This document shows positions 1 to 12,817 of a stretch of 41,822 nt of DNA, piece after piece (the first letter of the stretch is position 1; every line of letters begins with the position of its first letter). The DNA lies in contig NC_068985.1 of NCBI RefSeq assembly GCF_001194135.2, positions 101,685,800-101,727,621 of the forward strand, given 5' to 3'. The translations under genes and the position numbers were made by a program. Under the pieces are notes generated by a model. It made no database searches. It worked only from the letters and a program-made list of their open reading frames with translations, and had not been told where the DNA came from. The stretch is from Octopus bimaculoides (Eukaryota).

Positions 1-8
1 TATATATG

Positions 9-37
<29 letters not shown>

Positions 38-39
<2 letters not shown>

Positions 40-392
40 CTCTTTACTCTTTTACTGGTTTCAGTCACTTGACTGCGGCCATGTTGGTGAACCGCCTTTA
101 ATCGAATAAATCGACCCCCAGGATTTATTGTTTGTGAGCCTAGTACTTATTTTATCGGTATCTTTTTTCCGATCTACTAAGATAAGTGAATTTAAACACA
201 GCAACATCGGTTGTCAAGCGATGGTGGGTGCATAAACAGACACGAACACACAAATGCATATATATATATACGATTGGTTTCTTTCAGTTTCCGTCTACAA
301 ATCCGCTTGCCGAAGATGCCAGGCAATGGGACTGAACCCGGAACCATGTGATTAGGAAGCAAGGTTCTTACCACACAGCCACTCCTGCGCCT
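38..392 (-). mobile_element. SINE-A, tRNA-headed SINE, near full length with ~42-bp internal deletion
   Basis: The minus strand starts AGGCGCAGGAGTGGCTGTGTGGTAAG (A-box-like) ... GGTTCAGTCCC (B-box-like), has an internal (TA)/(TG) tract and ends in an (AGTAAAAG)-type tail. It is homologous to segments at 5915-6008, 26121-26327 and 36984-37124. The family resembles octopus SINEs from memory. Confidence 0.85.
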
Positions 393-435
393 TATCTATA
401 TAAACATTGTAGAATATCGTCCTATATGTACGCCC

Positions 436-560
436 ATGTGCATGCGTGCGTGTGTTCTTGTGTGTGTATGTGCGTTTGTGTGTTTATGTATGTGTGCATG
501 TGTGTGTCCGTGTGTGTGTATGTGTGTGTATGTGTGTGCGCGTTTGTGTGTGTGTGTTTG
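436..560. repeat. Imperfect (TG)n microsatellite
   Basis: Seen directly; it produces the VCVC-type ORF artefact at 348-668. Confidence 0.9.
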
Positions 561-2989
561 TATACGATGGCCATCTACAATGTTTCAGTAGTCAAATTCA
601 TCTCGCCAGATCTTTATCATACTGAACGTAATCGAGTTTATTATATGGAAACCTCATATAAATTGTGACATTACTTGAAGTGGAATTACTCAAAGATGGC
701 AATTACTCTGCGAAGACGCTCAAATATGTTTTACATCATTGTCTCATTTTGGAATATTATAAGATAGCATCAGCTAATACTTAATGTATGGAATTCGTGC
801 ATTTTAATTCGTTTACTCCCGTGGTAGAATTAGCTCATATTTTTCGTGTGTCTGTCTGTCTGTGTTTCTGTGTATCTGTCCCTGTGTGTGTGGTTATGGG
901 GTGTGCGTTCATTGGTGTGTTTATTTATGGGGTGTATGCCTGGTATAGAGTTCTATATATGTGCGTGGATTGTTGTATGTGTAACATTCATCTCATTATA
1001 TAAAAAAAAAACACCATATAATATATTTGCATTCTCCACAATGTTTCACTTCCGGCGACATTTCGTTTATGCAAAAGTCTGTGAAGTTTAAATTGTTGGG
1101 GTCAATTTCCCTAATTATTAATCATTTATATGATAATGTATTTTGGATGTCGGCAATATTTCATGTACAAAAGAATTATAAAAATTTCAAATCCAAAAGA
1201 AAAAAATTAATTATTACTCAATATCTTTAATACAATAATTAGGATGCGAATTTTTTTCCCATTGGAGTTGTGCCAGACATGTTCGAAAAGGAAATAACAC
1301 ATGTTCTTATAACCAAAAATGATAGTTGACGCTATTGTTTTAATTAATGCAAAACATAGAGTATATTTATTTTATTCTATTTTATATCATTTATATTTTT
1401 TTGCAATCATTAAGGTTGTGTTCCAGTATAGTATGTTTTGCATTCTATTATTTAATGACAAACATTTTATTCTCTTCGTGTGCATGGTTGAAGGAAAGCT
1501 TGGTTCATATTTCGTTAACATTTAAAAACAAGTCGTCAGCTAGACGCGAATTTTTCTTTCACAAAAAATCAAATTTCTTTAAAATGCAGTATAAACCCGG
1601 AAAACTTGTAATAAAATATTCTCCGTCTCGAATTAACGATATATATGTTATAACCTGTGTGTGTGCTAGCTGTCTTACTGGAGACAGCTGAATATTTCCG
1701 ACTGATGAAATAATGCCTGCTTTAATATATTTTTATAATCTGAAATATGAAGATTCACTTGGTGCAATGAATTGCCAGACAGTACTTGTTAAGACAAAAT
1801 TCTTCACTTGTTCCTTTCTCTTAAGGAATTGATAATAATAGTAATATAGAAGTGTATAGATGATACTGTACTTTCTCAATTTAGTAAAATACAATCAGTT
1901 TATAATATAACATTTATTCTTTGAGTACTATATGATCTTCATATCAAACTCAATATTCATTCACTGTGATACGTTCTTCAAGATATTATATAGCTTGCCT
2001 AAGAGAAGATATGTTGGTATCTTATTGTACATGAAAGGGAAACTTTTCATTTCTCGTTTCTTTGCGAGTGATAAATTGATGACTGTGGAGTCGATCCAAT
2101 CGGGAGTGGTTATTTGAGATGTTTTTCATTTTGAATCTATACGTGTGCGCACATACGTTTGTGTAAGTATGTGTGAATATGTGGGTGACTGTACGTATAT
2201 TTAGGTGGAAGTGTGTGTGCTTGGTGAATATTTAAACAAAGAAGTGAGGGAGAAGAAACAAATAAAATAATGAAAGAAAGAACGGGTATTTTACTCAAAC
2301 TGAGGACAGGTCATAGAGATCAACATTTTTATCACTTGCTATAAATTTGTTCTTGTTATTCTATATAATCTAATCTAATTGGTGGGGTAGTAGTAATGTC
2401 AAAGAAATTAAATTCTTGTTTGATTCACTAGACTGTTGAACAGCAGCATAGTCAAGATGGTATGTTTTCTTCTCTTACTATTGCTTTTTGCACACATCTA
2501 CAAAATGACTTTCTAAAATGAAATTCCATTATGCAGCTGAGGAGTACATTTTCATTGTACATTTTATGTAGTGTTCTCACCACATGAATAAATGAAGTTT
2601 GTACGAAACATACGTACTGCCATAACCTATTGAATTTTTGTTGCTTTTCTTCAAATATATATATTTGTTTAATATATATATACATATATATACATATACA
2701 TACATATATATTTATACACACACACACANNNNNNNNNNNNNNNNNNNNNNNNNNNNNNNNNNNNNNNNNNNNNNNNNNNNNNNNNNNNNNNNNNNNNNNN
2801 NNNNNNNNNNNNNNNNNNNNNNNNNNNNNNNNNNNNNNNNNNNNNNNNNNNNNNNNNNNNNNNNNNNNNNNNNNNNNNNNNNNNNNNNNNNNNNNNNNNN
2901 NNNNNNNNNNNNNNNNNNNNTATATATTTGCATATACACTACACACGGAAATATATTTTATTTTCATTCGTTCGGAATCATCATGTATT

Positions 2990-3280
2990 TCAACCCGTGT
3001 CACATATTTCTAGGTTTGGTGGCTTCTTAATTTGAAGTCGAAATTTTCGCCAAATATTAGCCATGGGTTGAAGGAATCTTAATCTTCTATTAGGATGCGA
3101 TTGTTTACAGATAATAGGAACTTCGTCAGAGGTTTGAAGGCTTCTACCTTTTATATTTGGATTATTTTCATTGCCAGGAAGAAAGCATCCAATGATTCTG
3201 AGGTCGTTAAAATCTTTCAATTGTGTGTGAGTATTGAATGAAAACAGAAGAGAGCGTTCAACTTCATTCATGGTTACGAT
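2990..3280 (-). CDS. Candidate terminal coding exon (IVTMNEVERS...KPPNLEICDTG*), unknown product
   Basis: One of the longest non-repeat open frames (ORF 2990-3307), with a possible CAG acceptor at 3281-3283 and a TGA stop. No family motif recognised; it may be a chance ORF. Confidence 0.25.
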   Translation of the reverse strand: MVTMNEVERSLLFSFNTHTQLKDFNDLRIIGCFLPGNENNPNIKGRSLQTSDEVPIICKQSHPNRRLRFLQPMANIWRKFRLQIKKPPNLEICDTG

Positions 3281-4069
3281 CTGTGTATTCATCGCATTAA
3301 GAAGCATTCACAGAATTCACAGAATTCACAACATATACAGGGCATATAAACATGTCTTTCACGTCACGTATTTGCTGATCTTCAAGGACAAATTTGCCCC
3401 CTTAAGAACATTCTCAATGATAGGGTTTAACAGAAGATTTAATCATTTCTATGATCCTTTCTTTCACTTGGACATGTCATAACCTTGTTGAAACACATAA
3501 CATATGTATATGTGCGTGCGTGCTTGTGTGTGTTTGTATGTGTACTTACATACAGATATACATACATAGAAACATACATACATGCCACAATACATTTGAG
3601 ATTAGGTGTTTTTTTCACTGTCCAGCGCCACAGGTGCGTCTTTCAGTTAAGCTATGTAAATTCTTGTAAAAACAGAGACGGCTTTGATGAATTTACGCTT
3701 CTTTTCATCGATATAAGCACCGCACTGATTGCTTAAATAGCGCGACGAATAAACATAGTACAGAGCCAGTTTTTAATTCCACCCCAGCGCTTCCTAAATT
3801 ACATGTCTTTCATGTTACTTTTAGCCCCAAATTAGACTTCACTAAGCGGTTTTAATTGATGTTTTACTCGTCATTACCTCTGGCAATAGATATATAACAG
3901 TAAATATTCGAATTTCTGTTTCTCATGTCATACTTTTAGAAAGAGTCAGGAGTTATTGACGTTGGTTCATATGTAGCTCCAGGAATGATTTAATTGTGTA
4001 AAATTAGCTTGAAATAGGAACTTAAGTCGGCACTGCATCTTAATTATATATATTTATCAACGTGTTTCT

Positions 4070-4226
4070 TATTTCTTTATTGCCCGCAAGGGGCTAAACA
4101 TAGAGGGGACAAACAAGGACAGACAAAGGGATTAAGCCGTTTATGTCGACACCAGTGCGTAACTGGTATTTAATTTATCGACCACGAAAGGATGAAAGGC
4201 AAAGTCGATTCTGCCAGCTCGACGCC
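4070..4226 (-). mobile_element. SINE-B copy (tail type 1) with perfect 21-bp TSD and ~75-bp internal deletion
   Basis: Matches 36108-36350 and 25417-25652. TATATTTATCAACGTGTTTCT occurs at both 4049-4069 and 4227-4247. The segment carrying the B-box is absent. Confidence 0.9.
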
Positions 4227-5914
4227 TATATTTATCAACGTGTTTCTGGCGAGGATATGTTAAACATAGAGAAATTTGAGCTGATATTTTTCGCATGATA
4301 AAGAGCCAAGCTGCGAGAATATATTGGCTCACACGATTGTGTTTATTGACAACATTCAAACCCAGGATTGCATAAATTGTGTACCGTATTCCATTGTTTT
4401 TAACATATAATTGTACGAAAACAAACATGTAGATAGCATGGCAACAAATGTTCATCTACTTCCCCACATACAATCGGGAAGTTTCAGAAAGGCATATGTA
4501 TATAAATACTGCAATATTGTATCTACATACAAAACTTATTTATAAATATATCTGGAAATAATTTGTAAATACCATAAACAAATCCAATTTATATAGATTG
4601 CAAGAAAAAAAAAACAGCATACACAACGCGAAGATATACACGCTTTATTCCACATCTATTCATTCATATATATTTTTGTGTATGGGGGGAAATGCATATA
4701 TGCATAAATATACATATATGTGTGTGTGTTTGTTCGTGTATGTGCGTGTCGATATATATGTATGTATATGCATACACACATGCATACATTTTTATATAAT
4801 ATGATATAATATATATATATATATATACATATACAGGGAGAGAGAGAGAGGCACAGACAGACAGACAGGCACGCAGATGTATGTATGTAAATATATACAT
4901 ATATGACTGTACGTATATATAGTACATTAAAATATGTGTGCGTGTACGTATGTGTATTGCTATATATGCACTAATATAAATGCGTTGATATGTACACCAT
5001 CTTTTACATATAGAAAGAAAATAAACATGATACCTCGCATGTAAAAATAAAAATAAGTAATATATATACAAATATATTTCCACGTTGAAAACACAATTCA
5101 GTTGTACAGTATCACTTAACGATTCTGCCATTGGCTGTTTACACCATCTTGTAATTAAGTTCTTGGAAGAAAATAAACCATGCGTAAATTTGACGAAGAA
5201 AAAGAAATGACAATCATATAACTAAAGTGGTACTACACGTAAATGTTAAATAAATGCAGATCTTCCCATACATATGCCGCCACCGACAATGATATTATAG
5301 AATATAGGAAGATGAACAACACCTATACTTGGGGGCATACTACGATAATTGTGAATATAGAACGTTTAGTTTCTACTTCAAACATTGACAAGAGTGTCTC
5401 ATATGATTTTGAATTACAGATACAAAATGTTGAATATTTTGTTTAGTAGAAAAACAAAATATAAAGGATTTTCTCCAAGTATATTTACTTTGTCGTTATG
5501 TTATGGATTTAAAAGAATACATTGTAGCATTACATTTTCATGCTTTTATGGTTTACATATACTTACATATTTATATAGTGTGCATGTGTGTTTGTATGAG
5601 AGTGCATATGCATAAAGGTATGCATTTGCCCTGAGTAGATATAGGCATAAACATTCATACACTCACACACATACACCGTAAAGATTATCAATACAAGGCA
5701 GCACAGAATAAGTCGGAACTGAATGCTGCATAGAGTATGGTATTAAAATGACGATCCTGTATCGGGGAAAAGCCCATTAACTGACTTACCTTTCAACATG
5801 TTTACCTTTTTACTTGTTCCAAACATTAGAGTGCGAGTAAACTACGACACATGGCTTTCAAGAACTTTTCGTCAAATGTATCGATCCTAGTACTTTTTCA
5901 TTCTTTTTTATCCT

Positions 5915-6008
5915 GATATTTATTCTATCGGTGACTTTTGCAGAACCGATAAGTTACGGAGACGTAAACACACCAGAATCTGTTGTCAATCGGTGGAGGA
6001 GGCAAACA
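5915..6008 (-). mobile_element. SINE-A 3'-part fragment
   Basis: TTATTCTATCGG...CGTAAACACACC...TTGTCAA aligns with ~140-240 of the first SINE-A copy. Confidence 0.7.
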
Positions 6009-6855
6009 TTGGAATGATAGTTGCCACCTAAGATTTCCATGGTAGATTCATTTGAAAGAATTTCTTAACTTTGCCGGTAACAATTTTATTTTCAAAACAT
6101 CTCCCCAAGCCGAGAAGCGCTATTAATTGCTGAAGTATTCTACCAAAGCAGTAGATAAAATTTTACAGATGTTGTAGTATTGGTGATTAAGTAGGTGTTG
6201 TACCAGTTTCCTTTCGACCAACGGTATAAAAATATTCGTTGACTTTATAGATCAAAAACACGCTAGGGTATCAATGAATAAGTGAGTATTTATGTTTATT
6301 TAGGATCTGATCAACACACACATGTACACATGCACGCTGATACATACTCGTATATGTGCGTGTGAGTTTGTGTGTGCGTGTGAGTATATCTATACACATA
6401 TGTATATTATATGTACATGTATACTTACATTATATATATACATATATCGTTTCCATTATGTTAAACTATCGTATGTTCAAATTTAGCCAAATGCGCTTTT
6501 TTATATTTAATTTCACTTGCAATAGCCGGATCTTTTGATCAAACTTTCGTAAATACAGCTGCTTGAAATGCTAAGTTATGAAATTTGTCAAAGTGTAGAA
6601 CAACGGTTTAGCATTTTTTTTCAAAGGTGTAGTAAGTTAGCTTTTCAAAACTGTAGTAAGACAGTTTTGCAAATATATTTCTGACTGAAATATCATACAA
6701 ACATCGAGTTACGATTTTATGCGTCCAACAAAATATTATTGTTATGCTGAAACTGTTGCTAATGTGAAAAGGAATGGAATGGTGAAAAAAAAAATGCAAA
6801 GTTCTGAACTTACGACACTTTTGCATAATAGCAACGATATATACCAAATTATGTT

Positions 6856-6955
<100 letters not shown>

Positions 6956-8276
6956 GCTTCGTTGCTAAAAGTGACGCTATACCCGAAATCTGTTGACTTC
7001 TTATTACTTCTGTTTCGTATCTTCTTTTTTCACCTCCTTTGTTGATATCGAGTTCAATGCGAAGCGTGGACTCTTTGATTTCATGCCACCAAATCTAGAA
7101 GTTAGCCTAGCATTAACGGTTTGACTTGTTAGGATATTTGGTGGTATTAAGTCACACATTATTTTCAGGATCTGCCTAGTGACCCAAATGGTTTATTTTT
7201 GTGGCTACATTAGAAAAAGTAGAGCATATGGAAGATTCCCGAATAATGTAGTAGTGGAAGATAGGATTGGAAACGTTTACTAGTAAAAAAATGACACTAC
7301 GAGAAAACACTGTAGGGATTAATATAGTTTCGAACGTAGAGTCATGATTTTCTATTACCTTTTTGACATAAGATTAAAACGTCTTTTTATTTGTGATGTG
7401 TATAATTAACAAGTTACTCGAAAAAATGAAGATTGCCTCTGAGTGAAATTTCACAGAAACGAGTTACTTGCAATTTCTTACCGTTTCGTTTCTGTGCATG
7501 TGTTGTTGAGGTATGGCCAAGTATCAGTTCATTTAATATAAGGGAGTAGATTTACAAATATATATCACAGATTTAAGGAGGATAACTGACTGATCCTATT
7601 CAGTGTGTTTTGTCCATGGGGTGATTTATGTTCATGTAACAAATGACATAATTCGGATTTCGTTTCAGTGTATAGTTTTGTGAAAGATGTTCTGAAATAT
7701 AAATATTTAACGTTTAACAAAGGTGCTCTAAGGCGAATACTTTTTCATGTCCTACTTCAAACATGCTTCGAAGATATCCTAATAACTTGATAATATTTGT
7801 GAGAATGTGATTAAGCTTAGTGAATGGTACTATAATTTACCTTCGGTGGCTGTACCTTTAGAAGTAAATGTATTATATTATTGCACATTTGAAGTAGCGT
7901 AGCAGAGTGAAAAATTTACTTTGACCACATTCGATAGCATTTTACATAAATAGATTGCTATCAAATTGTATGCCATCTGAGTGATTTGACAGGAAACCTC
8001 TGATGCAAGTGCTGAAAGCTTGGTGCAAACAATATGCAATAATTTATTCACTACGTATCAATGTTTTATCACATTTGACGACATGAGTTATGTCAATCTG
8101 ACAATAGTGCTTTTACCAGCAATCTGAAATTTTCAGTATAGATGACTCTAAAAGTTACCATGTACACAAAATTCAGATGTATTTAATACATATAACTCAT
8201 GACACATGAAAACACAGAAAAAATATATTAATTACAAGTACGTCTTCCATAACCACAAGCAGACAAACATATATAC

Positions 8277-8400
8277 ACGCACACACACACACACACACAC
8301 ACACCCACATACGCGCGCGCACACACACACACACACNNNNNNNNNNACACTCACACACATACGCGCGCGCACACACACACACAGACACACACACACACAC
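8277..8400. repeat. (CA)n/(CG)n microsatellite interrupted by a 10-N gap
   Basis: Seen directly; CACATACGCGCGCGCACACAC occurs on both sides of the gap. Confidence 0.9.
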
Positions 8401-8773
8401 TTATATAGTCCAATGTTCATTATAAGGTAAAAACGTTTCCGTAACATCTCCATTTGCATCGCAAGTTTATGCGAAAATTCTAAACAAGATATCACATAAT
8501 ATTTGCGGCTTTTGACGTTGGAGATGCACTTCATCAGACTTGCGTCAAAGTTGTGATATTACATTGTGCGTCCTTCAGACATAGTCGTTAGGAAAGTATT
8601 GAGAGGTAGTAGGAAAGAAAAAAAAAATTAAAATGTGGAAGCGGAATGAGTAAGTGGGTAGATATTATGAGGGACGGGACGGAGCCAAGTAGGTGGATAC
8701 GTATAGTGTTAGCAGGGAGAAAGGGAAGAAGTGGGGAGGATAATGATAAGCAAGCAAAAATAGAGTAGAGCGA

Positions 8774-8798
8774 GAAGAAGAAGAAGAAGAAGAAGAAG

Positions 8799-8828
<30 letters not shown>
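8774..8828. repeat. (GAA)n microsatellite
   Basis: Perfect trinucleotide run within a purine-rich stretch. Confidence 0.95.
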
Positions 8829-8830
<2 letters not shown>

Positions 8831-9250
8831 CAGGCAGAAACATAGTTGCTGAAATTCATCTGATGGAAGAAGTGTCTGACCAGTTAACAGCATTAGTCTG
8901 CGACAAATGTAAGTGAAAAGATCCATTAAACAGATAACTAGACAATTGTCTGGAATCAAATGATTAGGATATCTATGATATATGTTGTGGAAGAAATACA
9001 AATAGGAAAAGGAAAACACGAAGAAATGGAAGGGGACGAGACACTAAAGTGGGACGTAAAGTCCTATAAACCGGAGAGGGAAAAATTAGTTTAATTTAAT
9101 CAAATAGTGTTTCATGCAGTATGTTTAAAATTTTACCCGAAGATGTATAATCTTTGAAAGCATCAATAAAATGCTACCGAGGCATCTGCTGTCAATTTTA
9201 AAACCTATATGTGATTTTCCGTTACACTCACACAAGTGCGCAACACGCAG

Positions 9251-9256
<6 letters not shown>

Positions 9257-9283
<27 letters not shown>

Positions 9284-9303
9284 CCACACACACACACACT
9301 CAC
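9257..9303. repeat. (CA)n microsatellite
   Basis: Seen directly. Confidence 0.9.
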
Positions 9304-9805
9304 AGAAAAAAATAGATACAGAGATAGAGAAAGTGGTGGGGGTAGATACACGCAAATGCATATCGTTTCTTTTTTCTCTTCAGGGAATAATTTTGAAAAT
9401 ACATGCAGTGTACTATTTTCAAAACGTGACAACAGTAACATGTTTATGAAGGAAAATATAGATAAATCTATAGAAATTAAATCATCAAGCTGATATAGCA
9501 ATAAAATTTATATTTATATATACTACGTGAGATTTAATGGAGTATAGAGAATGCTTAAGTATATACACAGTATTTATTACCAATCTTTACTCGGATTTCT
9601 TTGCAGCTCTAACATTCTAATGCTTCCGATATTAACATCTACATATACTTCTTATAAAGTATATGATAAGTATTAAAATTTCAAGTAGTCCATATATAAA
9701 CAAATAAATTACATGCGTGCATATGTACATACATGTACATATGCATGCATACGTTGCCATACACATGTATTCTCACCTCCATGGAACTTTTAATTTCTAC
9801 TAACA

Positions 9806-9847
9806 CTAATAATAATAATACTACTACTACTACTACTACTACTAATA

Positions 9848-9891
<44 letters not shown>

Positions 9892-9906
9892 GATGATGAT
9901 GATGAT
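9806..9906. repeat. Compound in-register trinucleotide microsatellite (AAT)(ACT)(AAT)(AATGAT)(GAT)
   Basis: Seen directly. Confidence 0.95.
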
Positions 9907-10683
9907 GGTTCTCATGGCTTCTTATCTTAATTGATTGGAAATGTTATGTACATTGTTTCGTCTTGGTATAACAGATGGGATACTGCAAATATTCTGCTCA
10001 GTACCACGGATTTGCTTGTCAGTTGTTTGATCTTAGCCAGTTGAGCATGTCCCTTGGTGGCTGACGATATGTACATCTCTGACATGAGCAGAAGTAGTGG
10101 GGGCGCATTATAGCCATGTGTTGAGAGGAATTCTTTGGGGTTTGAATGGTTCACCTTTGCAAACATTGGTGTTTTACCCAACATCCTTAAACAAACCTTA
10201 TTCAGGGACCTTTTGAGCTGGATGGGCTCCTCGAGCTGAAGAAAATTCTAACTGGGCCCCACCTGCGAGGTTATGCGCTGTTTATCTTGATATGAGATCA
10301 CCATGGCTGATCTTATGTGCATGTTTAATCATACGCAGGAATAGTGGAATAGCACCATAGCGATGTGTTGATAGGACAAATTTGAGGTTTGAATAATTCA
10401 CCTATCGAAACAAGGGTGTTTCGTCCATCATCCTTAAACAACATATATTCAGGGTTTTTGGAGCGAGATGGGCTACTCGACTTGTAGAATATTCTAACTG
10501 AAACCACACTTGTGATGTCCTGCGCTGTTTTTCTTTATATGAGAAAAGCCATCATGTTGCACACATAGTTGCCATACAAAGTGTCTGGCGTACACTCAGC
10601 AGTGGGGTATTTATAAAGTATATTGGGTTTCGTACATTTCTACCCATCATTACTTTGATAGCGTGTGCTCCTCTCTCACGCAA
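9907..10683. mobile_element. Non-coding interspersed element between (GAT)n tracts, with internal diverged ~247-bp tandem duplication
   Basis: GC content is above background and both ends abut (GAT)n. CATCCTTAAACAA lies at 10182 and 10429, and TATTCAGGG, GATGGGCT and ATTCTAACTG recur at a similar offset. It resembles a common octopus repeat from memory; class and orientation are not established. Confidence 0.7.
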
Positions 10684-10853
10684 TGATGATGATGATGGTG
10701 ATGATGATGATGATGATGATGATAATGATAACGTCAAGAACATGGAGGAGAGAGAGTAACAAAAATAAAACGAGAAATGTCGAAGCGAAGAAGGACACTG
10801 ACGACGACGACGATGCAGAAGAAGAAGAAGAAGAAGAAGAAGAAGAAGAAGAA
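10682..10853. repeat. (GAT)n, (GAC)n and (GAA)n microsatellite cluster running into a gap
   Basis: Seen directly. Confidence 0.9.
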
Positions 10854-11715
10854 NNNNNNNNNNNNNNNNNNNNNNNNNNNNNNNNNNNNNNNNNNNNNNN
10901 NNNNNNNNNNNNNNNNNNNNNNNNNNNNNNNNNNNNNNNNNNNNNNNNNNNNNNNNNNNNNNNNNNNNNNNNNNNNNNNNNNNNNNNNNNNNNNNNNNNN
11001 NNNNNNNNNNNNNNNNNNNNNNNNNNNNNNNNNNNNNNNNNNNNNNNNNNNNNNNNNNNNNNNNNNNNNNNNNNNNNNNNNNNNNNNNNNNNNNNNNNNN
11101 NNNNNNNNNNNNNNNNNNNNNNNNNNNNNNNNNNNNNNNNNNNNNNNNNNNNNNNNNNNNNNNNNNNNNNNNNNNNNNNNNNNNNNNNNNNNNNNNNNNN
11201 NNNNNNNNNNNNNNNNNNNNNNNNNNNNNNNNNNNNNNNNNNNNNNNNNNNNNNNNNNNNNNNNNNNNNNNNNNNNNNNNNNNNNNNNNNNNNNNNNNNN
11301 NNNNNNNNNNNNNNNNNNNNNNNNNNNNNNNNNNNNNNNNNNNNNNNNNNNNNNNNNNNNNNNNNNNNNNNNNNNNNNNNNNNNNNNNNNNNNNNNNNNN
11401 NNNNNNNNNNNNNNNNNNNNNNNNNNNNNNNNNNNNNNNNNNNNNNNNNNNNNNNNNNNNNNNNNNNNNNNNNNNNNNNNNNNNNNNNNNNNNNNNNNNN
11501 NNNNNNNNNNNNNNNNNNNNNNNNNNNNNNNNNNNNNNNNNNNNNNNNNNNNNNNNNNNNNNNNNNNNNNNNNNNNNNNNNNNNNNNNNNNNNNNNNNNN
11601 NNNNNNNNNNNNNNNNNNNNNNNNNNNNNNNNNNNNNNNNNNNNNNNNNNNNNNNNNNNNNNNNNNNNNNNNNNNNNNNNNNNNNNNNNNNNNNNNNNNN
11701 NNNNNNTATATATAT

Positions 11716-11717
<2 letters not shown>

Positions 11718-11759
<42 letters not shown>

Positions 11760-11779
11760 TTAGATAGATATATAGATAC

Positions 11780-11822
<43 letters not shown>

Positions 11823-11841
11823 TACACATACATATACACAT

Positions 11842-11906
<65 letters not shown>

Positions 11907-11912
11907 TGTGTG
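11718..11912. repeat. (GATA)n followed by (TA)n/(TG)n compound microsatellite
   Basis: Seen directly. Confidence 0.9.
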
Positions 11913-12766
11913 TGTATTCATATGCTGAAATATACGCATGTGTGTAGCTATGCATACGTGCATATACATGTCTTCGAGGAGAAACACATAGGTGCATATT
12001 TATATATGTATGTATGCGTAAGCGTGCGTGTGCATGTATGTGCGTGTGTGTATTTTAAAACATGTATACGCATATGGAACTTGTATTTTTTCTGTATTTT
12101 ATATACACGAAGTATATGTGCAATACATTGTATGTATACGTATAGCGACAGTAACGATATCCATAAGACAATTAAAAATTAATTTGCATACACAATATAT
12201 AAAGTGCAATTATTCTAAATATGATATCACATTCATAAAAGTTATTGCGGCAGGAGTGACGCCGCAATTTATTAACATATCTGAATATTTAATATATACG
12301 CACTCATGCAGTCCACACACAGACACTTGTGTATATACGTATGTACGTACGTATGTATCTATGTATGTATGTATGCATATACATATACATATATATATAT
12401 ACATATATNNNNNNNNNNNNNNNNNNNNNNNNNNNNNNNNNNNNNNNNNNNNNNNNNNNNNNNNNNNNNNNNNNNNNNNNNNNNNNNNNNNNNNNNNNNN
12501 NNNNNNNNNNNNNNNNNNNNNNNNNNNNNNNNNNNNNNNNNNNNNNNNNNNNNNNNNNNNNNNNNNNNNNNNNNNNNNNNNNNNNNNNNNNNNNNNNNNN
12601 NNNNNNNNNNNNNNNNNNNNNNNNNNNNNNNNNNNNNNNNNNNNNNNNNNNNNNNNNNNNNNNNNNNNNNNNNNNNNNNNNNNNNNNNNNNNNNNNNNNN
12701 NNNNNNNNNNNNNNNNNNNNNNNNNNNNNNNNNNNNNNNNNNNNNNNNNNNNNTTATATATGCAAA

Positions 12767-12817
<51 letters not shown>

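Noticed and set aside
1950-2115. Protein-looking minus-strand frame (PDWIDSTVINLSLAKKREMKSF...)
   Set aside because: About 55 codons with no usable acceptor after the upstream stop; within chance expectation.
7452-7496. Perfect 11-bp stem CACAGAAACGA/TCGTTTCTGTG with a 23-nt loop, overlapping a possible minus-strand donor
   Set aside because: A rough estimate gives on the order of one or two such stems by chance in 42 kb of AT-rich DNA; no other support.
8290-8400. Duplicated CACATACGCGCGCGCACACAC across a 10-N gap
   Set aside because: Most likely overlapping contig ends or two alleles joined by the scaffolder.
8500-8900. CTGATGA/CTGATGG motifs as possible hammerhead ribozyme cores (Penelope-like)
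   Set aside because: No correctly placed stem II followed by GAAA could be built here or at the other CTGATGA sites inspected (~1702, ~33716).
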